From positions 1-40,163 of the IMG/VR virus record IMGVR_UViG_2671180637_000025: a DNA stretch of 40,163 bases. One strand, written 5' to 3'. Shown here piece by piece: positions 1 through 8,764 of this stretch. This stretch comes from a virus. Its lineage: Duplodnaviria > Heunggongvirae > Uroviricota > Caudoviricetes. The position numbers and the translations under genes were made by a program. The notes below the pieces were generated by a model. That model did not search any database and was not told where the DNA came from. It saw only the letters and a list, made by a program, of their open reading frames with translations. The number at the start of each line of letters is the position of its first letter. The stretch's first letter is position 1.

Positions 1-1251
1 GTGCTTACCGATACAAAATTAAAGAACCTCAAGCCACAGGACAAACTGTACAAAGTTTCCGATCGTGACGGGCTGTATGTAGCTGTGCTTACGTCAGGTA
101 CGGTCTCGTTTCGCTATGACTACCGTATCAACGGTCGCCGCGAAACACTGGTAATCGGGCAGTATGGGCGTGACGGTATCAGCCTGGCAGAAGCGCGAGA
201 AGAACTGATTGCTGCAAAGAAGCTGCTTAAAGCAGGCCAGTCGCCGGCTGCGGCTAAACGTGACGGTATCAAAAAGATTCGTGGTGCCGAGACGTTTGCG
301 GTACATACCGACAGTTATATGAAACACGTCATCCTGGCTGACAGTACCCGCGCAATGAAGCAGGCGGTGATCGACCGTGACATATTTCCGGTTCTTGGCA
401 ACAAAATGATGGCTGAAATTACCACATCGATGGTTCGTGATTTGTGTGACCGGATTGTCGAACGCGGTGGCCGTGCAACAGCAGTACAGGCCAGGGAGAT
501 CATCAGCAGCGTATACCGTCACGCCAATGACCGTGGTCATGGTTTGTTTAATCCTGCGGCTGACATTAAACCTTCGTCTATCGCCATATTTAAACCACGA
601 GAGCGAACACTGACACCAGAAGAAATTGGCCTGTTCTTCCGCACGCTGGATGCCATTGGTGCTATGGGCACTATGAAAATGGCTTTAAAACTGGTGCTTA
701 TCACTATGGTTCGTAAGGGCGAATTCACCAATGCAACGTGGGATGAAATAGATTTTAAAAAATGGACATGGACAATTCCTCCAGACCGCATGAAGGGAAG
801 CCGGGCGCACGTTATTTACCTGCCTAAACAGGCACAGGATATATTGGTCGGGTTGCAGATGTGCGCTGGTGGAAGTGAATATCTGGTTCCTGGTCGTTAC
901 AATTTCCGGAAGCCATTATCTAATGCCGCGCTGAACTCTCTGATCGACAGAACGGTGAAAATAATAAATGAAGATGGTGAGCATATTCAGGGCTTCACCG
1001 TACACGATATGCGCCGTACAGCCAGTACATTGTTGCATGAGGCTGGTTATCCTTCAGACTGGATTGAAAAGGCTCTGGCACATGAGCAGAAAGGTGTGCG
1101 CGCCGTATATAACAAAGCGGAATACGCCAGACAGCGCGCCTACATGTTGCAGCAGTGGGCCGATATGATTGATTCCTGGATTAACGGGGAGCATACGGAT
1201 CTGATTCCGTTCTCCCCGTCGAAGTTTGAGAAGTGGATGGCGGGGGAATAA
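1..1251 (+). CDS. int: Tyrosine recombinase, P4-family phage integrase
   Basis: 416 aa starting at GTG at the window edge; N-terminal arm-binding signature (LTDTKLKNLKP...YKVSDRDGLYV); C-terminal catalytic signature HDMRRTAST and VYNKAEY. Confidence 0.9.
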   Translation: MLTDTKLKNLKPQDKLYKVSDRDGLYVAVLTSGTVSFRYDYRINGRRETLVIGQYGRDGISLAEAREELIAAKKLLKAGQSPAAAKRDGIKKIRGAETFAVHTDSYMKHVILADSTRAMKQAVIDRDIFPVLGNKMMAEITTSMVRDLCDRIVERGGRATAVQAREIISSVYRHANDRGHGLFNPAADIKPSSIAIFKPRERTLTPEEIGLFFRTLDAIGAMGTMKMALKLVLITMVRKGEFTNATWDEIDFKKWTWTIPPDRMKGSRAHVIYLPKQAQDILVGLQMCAGGSEYLVPGRYNFRKPLSNAALNSLIDRTVKIINEDGEHIQGFTVHDMRRTASTLLHEAGYPSDWIEKALAHEQKGVRAVYNKAEYARQRAYMLQQWADMIDSWINGEHTDLIPFSPSKFEKWMAGE

Positions 1252-1254
1252 CGT

Positions 1255-1449
1255 TTAATTATTCTGCTGATTTTCTTCCATCTCGGCTTCTGCTGCCAGT
1301 GATTCAATTTTATCTGTGAATATTGCTGACAGTGTTGCAAATTCAGCATCAGTGACAGCGGGAATTGGAACAAACCTGATCCCGCTGTGTGCAAGCATGT
1401 TTGCAGTTTCAAGGCATTTTCTTAAATCTGCTGGTGATGCCCTGTTCAT
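1255..1449 (-). CDS. Small acidic hypothetical protein (64 aa)
   Basis: ATG at 1449 overlaps the stop of the upstream methyltransferase as ATGA (translational coupling); acidic C-terminus EAEMEENQQNN; the longer track ORF to 1569 would overlap the methyltransferase. Confidence 0.45.
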   Translation of the reverse strand: MNRASPADLRKCLETANMLAHSGIRFVPIPAVTDAEFATLSAIFTDKIESLAAEAEMEENQQNN

Positions 1450-2096
1450 GCAGCACGCTCCCGCCCCTGGTTGTCTGTTGGTGACAGCGGAGAATTGCTG
1501 AATGCATTTGTTAATCCGCCAATATCCAACGCGTATCCAGGGTGTAGTTGCACTGCCGGGTCTTCGCACTGATTACCCCAAACATCGAAGCCATGAGACG
1601 ACTGGCGGGCGAATAGTTCAATGCGAGAAACATCGCCTAACAATTGCACAAGTTTTTCACGAACGACATCTGGTTTTCTTGAGTGCTCAAGCCGCGGTGC
1701 GGTAAATGACTGAACGATCCCTGCATTAATGCGCGGAGGTAGTTTTCCCTTTACCGCAAACAGGCAATCTTCACTATTGGCGCGAGTCATGTGTCCCATA
1801 CCCATAACCAGTTTATCTGGTTGTCGACTACCACATTTTATCCACGTGAATCCCTTCATGGTCATCAGACGGAATCCCCAGGCTTCAACAACTTTTAGTG
1901 CTTCGAGTGGTTGTGTTGGCACCCACCACATGGCCAACAGACAGTTTTCATCGGCCAAATCCCACACAGGAAGGCGGCAGATATCCAGCACACTCATAAC
2001 CGGATATTTAAAACCGGCACCGCGATTACCATCTGCGGCTTTATCCCGGTATACCCAGGGTGGATCTGCATAGATTAGCGTGTATTTCTTAGTCAT
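1446..2096 (-). CDS. DNA N6-adenine methyltransferase, MT-A70/phage Dam-like family (orphan, no cognate restriction gene seen)
   Basis: 216 aa; catalytic motif DPPW in LIYADPPWVYRD near the N-terminus. Confidence 0.8.
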   Translation of the reverse strand: MTKKYTLIYADPPWVYRDKAADGNRGAGFKYPVMSVLDICRLPVWDLADENCLLAMWWVPTQPLEALKVVEAWGFRLMTMKGFTWIKCGSRQPDKLVMGMGHMTRANSEDCLFAVKGKLPPRINAGIVQSFTAPRLEHSRKPDVVREKLVQLLGDVSRIELFARQSSHGFDVWGNQCEDPAVQLHPGYALDIGGLTNAFSNSPLSPTDNQGRERAA

Positions 2097-2355
2097 AAAC
2101 CACCCCGCAACATCCTATGCCGCTATAGTCGCCACGGCGAAGGCCGTTACCTTTTGTGATACATTGGTCCCTGCGAACCGCGATCCTTGCACGCTCAACA
2201 TCACCAGAAGCAACATCCATACACTGAAGCCAAAGGTGGGCAGCAATGCGGAACTGCCCTTTTTTCTCTCTTTCAATCGCGCGTTTTTCGATCTCTATCG
2301 CCGCAGGAGTAACGGCAACAACCTTTGAAGGGCTGCGCATTGAAACCTTGTTCAT
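2089..2355 (-). CDS. Hypothetical protein (88 aa)
   Basis: ORF 2089..2388 trimmed to the internal ATG at 2355; overlaps the methyltransferase start by 8 nt, same operon. Confidence 0.4.
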   Translation of the reverse strand: MNKVSMRSPSKVVAVTPAAIEIEKRAIEREKKGQFRIAAHLWLQCMDVASGDVERARIAVRRDQCITKGNGLRRGDYSGIGCCGVVYD

Positions 2356-2497
2356 GTGATATTTTTCAAGTCGGCTTAACTTTCTCACTTAATCCAACCC
2401 TCTCTGAAAATTAATGCCAGCAGATAAAGCCATGCTGAAACAGAGGCCAGGAATAAGTACCATCCTGACCATTTGCTCCAGTGCCTTAGCAGCACAC

Positions 2498-2746
2498 TCA
2501 TGCCGCGTTGCTCACAGGACGATATACACGTTGCTGAACAGGAGGTTTTTTACCCTGGAACTCTGCCGGGCTTGCTGCCTGACGTTCATCAAGCCAACGC
2601 TCAACTTCATCACGGTTCCATGCGCAGCGTTTGTCAGTGATATACCAGCGTTTAGGAAATTCCCCTGCGCGCTCCATACGGTCGATAGTGCTCCATGACA
2701 GTGGCACCACCGCCAGGAGTTCCTTCTTACCTAATGCACCTTTCAT
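2498..2746 (-). CDS. AlpA-family phage excisionase / transcriptional regulator
   Basis: 82 aa; HTH signature LLAVVPLSWSTIDRMERAGEFPKRWYITDKRCAWNRDEVERWL; usual partner of P4-type integrases. Confidence 0.7.
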   Translation of the reverse strand: MKGALGKKELLAVVPLSWSTIDRMERAGEFPKRWYITDKRCAWNRDEVERWLDERQAASPAEFQGKKPPVQQRVYRPVSNAA

Positions 2747-2795
2747 AAATACCTCTCTTGGTTGCAGTGCGGCGTGCGTGGCGCCGCGGTGGTGG

Positions 2796-3818
2796 TTACT
2801 CGAATTCTGGACGCATATCGTTAAGCGTCATCATGAATTTTTGGTGATATTCATCACCGAGCTTTTCAGCCATGGTGTTAATCTCATTTTCAGCGCGCTT
2901 GAACATCGTTTTTGCATCTTCAGCAGATGGATCTAGGCTATTAAGTATCGCGATGATATATTCTCGAGCTTCTTCTCGTTCTGAATCTGAAATTGGCGAC
3001 AGGTGTTGACGCTCATCGTCAACTACGGAATATTCACCAGTGATAACAGCTGCGTTATCTTGGCTAAGTCCAGCTTCAGCGCGCTCATCCATAACAACAG
3101 CCTTCTGCATTTCAATAGAAACAGGAAGATATTTGAACAGTCGGCGAATTACTGTTTTTTTAGCCATCTCATCGAAGTGATCAACCCATGGGCCACTGCT
3201 ACCGGCTTTGCTCAGTGCACGAACTTTCTCAACGTCTGCCCGGCTCATAACTTCAAATTGGACTCCGCCATCTTTCAGTCGTGCAACGGCGTAAACGTGC
3301 GTTAATTCTCCGCGGTCACCTGTTTCGCAAGGTAAATGCTCGAGCGTTTCTTCCAGGCCGTATGAGTAGCTGAATTTGTCGTTTGTATGTACGGTACGAG
3401 CCGAGATACTCAGGATCTGCCCAGAGCGGCGGGCAAGGTCAATCATTCCGCGATAGCCGATAATCAGCTGTGCTTCTGTAGATGCGGTTTCCCATCTTCC
3501 ATTTACTTTCTGGCGTTTGTCGAACGGTATCAGGTAAGCGTGTCCAAGAGCTCCGCCTGGTTCAAGACCCAATTGGGCACATTGCATGATTGCCCCCAGG
3601 AAGCTGGCTTGGTCGCATGATGCAAGTTTTGGAACCTTTCGGATCTCTGTGGTTGCTATGCGCGCCAGACGGTCTGCTGTCATGTGCTTTGGAAGTGCCA
3701 AAGCCATCTGAGCTTTAATTTTTGGGTCTGCCAGAAGTCCGGCCAGAGTTGTTGGTTTCTCATTATGATGTGCAACTTGGTTACCGGTAGCCGCTGCCTT
3801 AAGTGCATTGATAGACAT
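2796..3818 (-). CDS. recT: RecT-family single-strand annealing recombinase
   Basis: 340 aa; long collinear match to recalled E. coli RecT (HMTAERMIRIATTEIRKVP..., LIIGYRGMIDLARRSGQI..., THVYAVARLKDGG..QFEVM, KKTAIRRLFKYLPVSIE). Confidence 0.9.
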   Translation of the reverse strand: MSINALKAAATGNQVAHHNEKPTTLAGLLADPKIKAQMALALPKHMTADRLARIATTEIRKVPKLASCDQASFLGAIMQCAQLGLEPGGALGHAYLIPFDKRQKVNGRWETASTEAQLIIGYRGMIDLARRSGQILSISARTVHTNDKFSYSYGLEETLEHLPCETGDRGELTHVYAVARLKDGGVQFEVMSRADVEKVRALSKAGSSGPWVDHFDEMAKKTVIRRLFKYLPVSIEMQKAVVMDERAEAGLSQDNAAVITGEYSVVDDERQHLSPISDSEREEAREYIIAILNSLDPSAEDAKTMFKRAENEINTMAEKLGDEYHQKFMMTLNDMRPEFE

Positions 3819-3827
3819 TTTTTCTCC

Positions 3828-4727
3828 TTACTTCATTCTGAAGACGCGTTGTGTCGTTGTTGTTTTGAATTTTTCGAATAAATCAGGGTGTACTGACTGG
3901 AATAGCTTCTGGTCGAATCTGTTGCTGATCTGAGATTTCCATGTGCAGAGCGGCTTTCCGTCCAGTGTCAGGACTGAGTGCTCTTGCATGTACATCTTCA
4001 GCTTCTCTTCTGATATAGCTATTTCTTCTTCCAGTGATTTTCTGCGTGACTTCATGTCTCGTAGATCGTTGAATAGTGCGAGTGCCTTTCCGTCAGCCTC
4101 GATACTTGTCCCGGCATCTTTCTCAAACATCAGCGATACATCGCTTACGCTGGTAGCTTCCGGCGGGTTAAGATTTTTCACTCGGTCCCAGAAAGCGATT
4201 TCTTTTTCTAAGATCGCCTGGATAGTTTCTTCATCACGCTCAACCCGATAGATTCGGAAGTCGTCGCCACCGATAAGCACACCGAAAACGCATACCTGTT
4301 TGTTTGTAACCATCAACCCGTGCATGGCCTGGGCCGTGTAATGCACAGGAATTGCATCTGTCTGGATTTCTCCCCATTCTTTGGCTTTGAACGGACTAAC
4401 TGTTTTGATCTCAATGTTCTCGCCTGACGCTGCTTCTGCATCGATCTCAGCTGCAATAAAATCGTAATCACGGTGGATATAGCGGTTTCCGCGATGAACG
4501 ATTTCCATCCCCGTTTCCTCAGAAAGCAGGTCTATTACGTATGGCTCCATACGCTGGCCACGCGTGAAAACTTTCTGCTTGCTTGGGTCTACTGGTTTGA
4601 CACGTGGCTGGACCTTATCCAGATAAACCTCAAGCGGGGTGCGCCATGGGCTAATTCCAAGAATCCCTGCAACATCGCTTCCTCCGATGTATTTTGTTCT
4701 ATCCATGATTCCTGCGTTCCGCATCAT
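3828..4727 (-). CDS. YqaJ-type (lambda-exonuclease-like, PD-(D/E)XK) recombination exonuclease, partner of RecT
   Basis: 299 aa; N-terminal GGSDVAGILGISPWRTPLEVYL signature; directly upstream of recT; ATGA start/stop overlap with upstream ORF at 4724..4727. Confidence 0.85.
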   Translation of the reverse strand: MMRNAGIMDRTKYIGGSDVAGILGISPWRTPLEVYLDKVQPRVKPVDPSKQKVFTRGQRMEPYVIDLLSEETGMEIVHRGNRYIHRDYDFIAAEIDAEAASGENIEIKTVSPFKAKEWGEIQTDAIPVHYTAQAMHGLMVTNKQVCVFGVLIGGDDFRIYRVERDEETIQAILEKEIAFWDRVKNLNPPEATSVSDVSLMFEKDAGTSIEADGKALALFNDLRDMKSRRKSLEEEIAISEEKLKMYMQEHSVLTLDGKPLCTWKSQISNRFDQKLFQSVHPDLFEKFKTTTTQRVFRMK

Positions 4728-5038
4728 GCCGCGTCCCTCTGTCCATCAAGCTGATCCGCCAGATCCCAGCGGGCGATAATTGCCATTGCCTCTCGCCGGT
4801 AGGCATCCATCAGTTCTTCGAACTCAGGGCTGTCTTTAGCAGCCTCCAGTACTTCCTGACGAACGCCTTTGCCTGTTACAACGTCGAAAGTTGAGGACAG
4901 TTGATGAAGTCGGATGCTCTCAATCAGTTCAACTTGTCGGTCATATAGCTGTTCTGACAGGCGGTAGTCCTTGTCGAATGCCAGCATGATTTTTTGAAGA
5001 TTTTTCTGCTGATTAATGTTCATTATCAGCCCTCCCAT
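4724..5038 (-). CDS. Hypothetical early protein (104 aa)
   Basis: ORF in the leftward early operon between OL and the exonuclease; no recognisable motif. Confidence 0.5.
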   Translation of the reverse strand: MGGLIMNINQQKNLQKIMLAFDKDYRLSEQLYDRQVELIESIRLHQLSSTFDVVTGKGVRQEVLEAAKDSPEFEELMDAYRREAMAIIARWDLADQLDGQRDAA

Positions 5039-5178
5039 ATCTCGTTATCGTTGGCCACATCGCGAGCTTCTTTGCTGACGAAAGCCCACTTAATGCCTTC
5101 CTGTAAGGTGCGGAACTTCCAGCTCATGAATCCGCATGCAGTAACGCAGTACCAACCGTTGATGATTTTCCACTGCAT
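5026..5178 (-). CDS. Small hypothetical protein (50 aa), first ORF downstream of OL
   Basis: Below the ORF-track length cutoff; translation MQWKIINGWYCVTACGFMSWKFRTLQEGIKWAFVSKEARDVANDNEIWEG; position only. Confidence 0.3.
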   Translation of the reverse strand: MQWKIINGWYCVTACGFMSWKFRTLQEGIKWAFVSKEARDVANDNEIWEG

Positions 5179-5197
5179 AATTTGTTACCTCGGTCTG

Positions 5198-5274
5198 TTA
5201 CCGTTGGGGTAATGATTATGCGTATCTGGTTTGATGTCAATAGATATGAGTTAAAAAAATTACCCGTTAGGTAA
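5198..5274. promoter_or_regulatory. OL-like operator pair: TTACCGTTGGGGTAA (5198..5212) and TTACCCGTTAGGTAA (5260..5274)
   Basis: Two dyad-symmetric TTACC-N5-GGTAA 15-mers 62 bp apart, between the 3' end of the repressor gene and the first gene of the leftward operon. Confidence 0.65.
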
Positions 5275-5331
5275 TCAAACAGGCAATAAAAAAGCCGCCA
5301 TAAGGCGGCTTACTTACTGAAAAATATGGTT

Positions 5332-5916
5332 TTATTGTTTGTTTTTTTCGTTCTGGCTGATGACAAATTCAATGTAACTTTCGATCTTTGCCTTCTCTGT
5401 TTCAGGTAACAATGCGTAGCGCGAGCGGTCATAGTTGATGGTCGCAGGGTCGTGCGGGTGAATCAGTAATTCATAGCCGTGACGCCCGAATGCGGATGCA
5501 ACATTCTCCAGGGTGGAAATGGAAACGCTGACCTCATTGTTTAACAGGCGGCTGATTGTCACCTGGGCGACGCCGGATGCGCGGTGAAGTTTTCCCTGCG
5601 TTGAAAGGTCGCGGCTTTCGCTCATCCAGCGTTCCAGGTTGTGAGCCGCCAGTTGACCAATGTCGCTTGGTCCGACAGGCTGAAAACCTTCCTGAGAAAG
5701 CGAGCGATCGATATCAAGCCAGTTACGGGGTTTATTGGCGGCAGCTTCAATTTTTCGCGCAACCTGGTCGCCGATAACCTTCTTGCCAAGAGCCCAGCGG
5801 TTTACCAGATTTGCCTGAGTTCCAAGTTTTTCTGCCATCCGCGTCTGAACACCATTGAATTCACGGTCGATCAAGTCGTTGAGATTTTGCCTGCGGACGT
5901 CCTGGATACTTTTCAT
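5332..5916 (-). CDS. Immunity repressor (CI analogue) with two HTH domains and no LexA/S24-type autocleavage domain
   Basis: 194 aa; divergent from the Cro-like gene across a three-operator region; XRE-like HTHs (MAEKLGTQANLVNRWALGKK and ASGVAQVTISRLLNNEVSVSISTL); no peptidase-like C-terminus. Confidence 0.75.
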   Translation of the reverse strand: MKSIQDVRRQNLNDLIDREFNGVQTRMAEKLGTQANLVNRWALGKKVIGDQVARKIEAAANKPRNWLDIDRSLSQEGFQPVGPSDIGQLAAHNLERWMSESRDLSTQGKLHRASGVAQVTISRLLNNEVSVSISTLENVASAFGRHGYELLIHPHDPATINYDRSRYALLPETEKAKIESYIEFVISQNEKNKQ

Positions 5917-5971
5917 TTTCTGGAAAATCGCCTCATATATGAATCGGTAGATGATTCAATTTAAAGCAATA

Positions 5972-6034
5972 TTACCCAACAGGTAAATGCACCCCATAGG
6001 TAACTATCCTTGATTTTTGTTACCTTATGGGTGA
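5972..6034. promoter_or_regulatory. OR-like tripartite operator: TTACCCAACAGGTAA (5972..5986), GCACCCCATAGGTAA (5989..6003, degenerate), TTACCTTATGGGTGA (6020..6034)
   Basis: Three TTACC-N5-GGTAA-type dyads in the 154-bp divergent region between repressor and Cro-like gene. Confidence 0.7.
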
Positions 6035-6070
6035 ATATTTATTATCTGAAATAAATATCAGGCAATAGCT

Positions 6071-6301
6071 ATGAGCGATAACGGACATTTCGATTTCAAA
6101 AAGCACTGGCTTGCACTTACTCCGGATGAGCGTGAAGCCTTCGCACAGGAAGCCGGAACGACGAGTCACTATATCCAGACTCACTTAACAGGTAAGCGCA
6201 AAATGCCAGGTAAAGTATTGATGAATGGGCTTTTTAAAGCCTGTAAAACAAGACAATGGCTGCGCTCAAAAGCAGAACTGGCATACTTCTTCTACTCATG
6301 A
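6071..6301 (+). CDS. Cro-like small regulator (HTH), first gene of the rightward operon
   Basis: 76 aa; divergent from repressor; position and size. Confidence 0.6.
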   Translation: MSDNGHFDFKKHWLALTPDEREAFAQEAGTTSHYIQTHLTGKRKMPGKVLMNGLFKACKTRQWLRSKAELAYFFYS

Positions 6302-6323
6302 TATCCAGCCACAACCCTCTGTA

Positions 6324-6346
6324 GACCGCCATCCGGCGGTCTTTTC
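6324..6346 (+). terminator. tR1-like intrinsic terminator after the Cro-like gene
   Basis: Stem GACCGCC / GGCGGTC with loop ATCC followed by TTTT. Confidence 0.55.
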
Positions 6347-6451
6347 ATATCTATTCGTACCTCAAAGGTAATAAAAAACCAAATCTGGTTGATCTTTTTT
6401 TTGTGTCAGCACAAAATAACCGTAATCCCAATACTAATAACAGGGCTTACC

Positions 6452-6652
6452 ATGGAAATCATTACACGTATTGATGCCGCAAAGCGCGGACTTAAACGCT
6501 ACTACACCGGAAAACCATGTAAGCACGGACATGACAGTGAACGCTGGGTTTACAACGGACACTGTGTTGAGTGCACCATGGAATCAAACCGTCGCATCAG
6601 GGCAGAGATTAAGCAGATCATGATTAATTCCTCCCCACAACATTCAAGCTGA
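6452..6652 (+). CDS. Small zinc-ribbon-like protein in the lambda cII position
   Basis: Internal ATG of ORF 6389..6652; 66 aa; CKHGH...CVEC cysteine/histidine cluster; no resemblance to lambda CII itself. Confidence 0.45.
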   Translation: MEIITRIDAAKRGLKRYYTGKPCKHGHDSERWVYNGHCVECTMESNRRIRAEIKQIMINSSPQHSS

Positions 6653-6667
6653 TAGCGGAGATTAATC

Positions 6668-7459
6668 ATGAGCAGACATGCAACAGATTGGGCCTGGGAG
6701 ACAGATCCAGGTAGCTCGTCATTAAAGCTCATACTGCTCTCGATGGCTGACAGAGCCGATGAATATAACCTCTGCTACCCCAGCATAGAACGCCTCGTTA
6801 AAGACACCTGCCTGAATAAAAAAACCGTACAGGCCGGGCTTATATCGCTCATGAAAATGGGGCTTATTTCAGATACCGGAGAGAGAAAGGGAGCGACGAA
6901 AAGAGTGCGGGTTTTCTCTCTTAATATAACCAAAAACGGGAACATTAAAGGCAACCGGGAAGGGAGCAATGAACCCGAAAACGGTAATGTTACCGAAAAC
7001 GGGAATATACCCAAAAACGGGATGTTGAATGATCCCAAAAACGGGATCCAGAACCAGTCATATAACCAGTCATTTAACCAAGAGAGGGAGAGCAGGACAA
7101 AAAGCGGGGATTCTGTGCCTCATGACCCCGGCGCAAACAACGCCGTGATGAATAACTTTGTTCCTCCTGGTGGGCCAGGGCAATTAGGCAAATTTGTCAT
7201 GCATGAACAATGGCAACCATCAGATGACTTTCTTCGGAAAAGCTCATTGCAGGGGATCTACCTGGACAGTCTGCCAACGGCACAGGAACTTGCAGAGTTC
7301 AGAATTTACTGGATGGCTGAGGGTAAGGCATACCATCAGGCACAGTGGGAGCTGAAGCTGGCAAGGCGGCTGCAGATTAGCAGACAGAAGCAATCAACAT
7401 TACCTGATAACAACGTTCCGCACTGGAACAGCCCTGAAGCGTGGGAGGATTTCTTGTGA
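6668..7459 (+). CDS. Replication initiator, lambda O-like, with origin iterons inside the gene
   Basis: 263 aa; N-terminal HTH; central NGN/KNG peptide repeats mirror five DNA iterons; immediately upstream of the P-like gene. Confidence 0.8.
   Translation: MSRHATDWAWETDPGSSSLKLILLSMADRADEYNLCYPSIERLVKDTCLNKKTVQAGLISLMKMGLISDTGERKGATKRVRVFSLNITKNGNIKGNREGSNEPENGNVTENGNIPKNGMLNDPKNGIQNQSYNQSFNQERESRTKSGDSVPHDPGANNAVMNNFVPPGGPGQLGKFVMHEQWQPSDDFLRKSSLQGIYLDSLPTAQELAEFRIYWMAEGKAYHQAQWELKLARRLQISRQKQSTLPDNNVPHWNSPEAWEDFL
6929..7048 (+). repeat. Replication-origin iterons: five direct repeats of C(A/G)AAAACGG(G/T)A(A/T)
   Basis: Cores at 6931, 6976, 6994, 7012, 7036 (spacings 45, 18, 18, 24 bp), all inside the O-like coding region. 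Confidence 0.75.
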
Positions 7460-8241
7460 ACAACGTTTTTACCGCGATACAAAACCGTGACGGAGAAGCC
7501 CTTTCTCGCATGTCAGGTTATGAGCATCAGTACGTCAACAATGACAATGTGGTGAACATGTCAGCAGAGAGGCTTGTTGATGCCCTTTTCAAACAGCTGA
7601 AACAACTGTTTCCGGCGGCAGTGGTAACCAACCTGAAGACGCCAGAGCAGGAAGTTGCTGCAAAACAGCAGTGGATTGCTGCGTTTGCCGAAGGGGGGAT
7701 CCGAACCCGTGAACAGGTTTCTGCTGGTATGCGCCACGCCCGCGCCAGTGAATCTCCGTTCTGGCCGTCGCCAGGGCAATTTATCAAGTGGTGTAAAGAC
7801 AGCAAGATGGTTCTTGGCGTCACCATTGACGATGTGATGGCGGAGTTTCACCGGTACAGCAAGGAAAAAAGTTTATATCCTGGTGGTCCCGAAAGATTCC
7901 CGTGGCGACATCCGGTTATGTACTGGGTCGTATGTGATACCCGCCGTGCAATGTATCAGCGCCAGCTTAGCGAGATTGAGGTTGAGAAACATGCGCGCAG
8001 GCTGCTCGATGATTGGGCGAAAAAGGTGGCTTCCGGACAGCAGATACCCGATCCGGTGATCAGCATACAGGCAAAGCCAGAACCCATGAGTACGCCTCCG
8101 GACACAGGGAGAGACGTTTACCATCCACCAGGGCGAAGTTTCGGGTGTATGCCTAACGCCGCTACCCTGGGGGGAATAACACCGGCGCAGTGGCTGATGG
8201 AGGAATACAGGCGGGGAAAGGCGGCAGGATTTATCAAGTAA
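7456..8241 (+). CDS. Replication protein P-like (helicase loader)
   Basis: Collinear with recalled lambda P (EQVSAGMRHARASESPFWPSPGQFIKWCKD vs lambda EQVNAGMRVARRQNRPFLPSPGQFVAWCRE); start placed at GTG 7456 behind GGGAGGA; track ORF starts at 7441. Confidence 0.8.
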   Translation: MNNVFTAIQNRDGEALSRMSGYEHQYVNNDNVVNMSAERLVDALFKQLKQLFPAAVVTNLKTPEQEVAAKQQWIAAFAEGGIRTREQVSAGMRHARASESPFWPSPGQFIKWCKDSKMVLGVTIDDVMAEFHRYSKEKSLYPGGPERFPWRHPVMYWVVCDTRRAMYQRQLSEIEVEKHARRLLDDWAKKVASGQQIPDPVISIQAKPEPMSTPPDTGRDVYHPPGRSFGCMPNAATLGGITPAQWLMEEYRRGKAAGFIK

Positions 8242-8278
8242 TACCAGCGCGATAGCGCATTTTTTTACGTCTTGATAA

Positions 8279-8355
8279 TTACCTGTTGGGTAATAAAATA
8301 TTCTAAAATCTATTGATTTCGTGTCTTATGTGGTTTTTAATTACCTCGTGGGTAA
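8279..8355. promoter_or_regulatory. Second OL-type operator pair: TTACCTGTTGGGTAA (8279..8293) and TTACCTCGTGGGTAA (8341..8355)
   Basis: Two perfect TTACC-N5-GGTAA dyads, again 62 bp apart, bracketing TTGATT-N17-TTTAAT just upstream of the ATG at 8359. Confidence 0.6.
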
Positions 8356-8358
8356 ATC

Positions 8359-8703
8359 ATGAGAAAACAGATACAGGCTCTTGGTCGACTCAAAACAGGC
8401 CAGATGAACAAAACAGAATCTGCGTATTGCCAGCACCTTGAGCTGCGTAAACGTGCAGGGGAAATCGCCTGGTATCGATTCGAGGGTATCAAGCTGCGGT
8501 TAGCTGATAACACGTTCTATACGCCAGATTTCGCTGTGATGCTCGCCACCGGAGAGATGGAACTGCACGAAGTGAAAGGTTTCTGGACCGACGACGCCAG
8601 GGTGAAAACCAAAGTCGCCGCAGATCAATATCCGTTCCGAATCATCGGGGTAACTGTTAAGCCAAAGAAAGCAGGTGGTGGCTGGAAAATCGAAGAGTTC
8701 TGA
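8359..8703 (+). CDS. VRR-NUC / PD-(D/E)XK-type nuclease (possible junction resolvase)
   Basis: 114 aa; motif YTPDF...(17 aa)...ELHEVKG, and GFWTDDARV resembling RusA GFWLDDAQV. Confidence 0.55.
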   Translation: MRKQIQALGRLKTGQMNKTESAYCQHLELRKRAGEIAWYRFEGIKLRLADNTFYTPDFAVMLATGEMELHEVKGFWTDDARVKTKVAADQYPFRIIGVTVKPKKAGGGWKIEEF

Positions 8704-8764
8704 ATCGACGATCTTTTTAGTTATCAATGTAATCAATAAGTTATGTGGATAAGCGAGGGTAAAG

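Noticed and set aside
94-540. Antisense ORFs (148 aa and 62 aa) inside the integrase gene
   Set aside because: Fully contained in a well-supported CDS on the opposite strand; no RBS or motif
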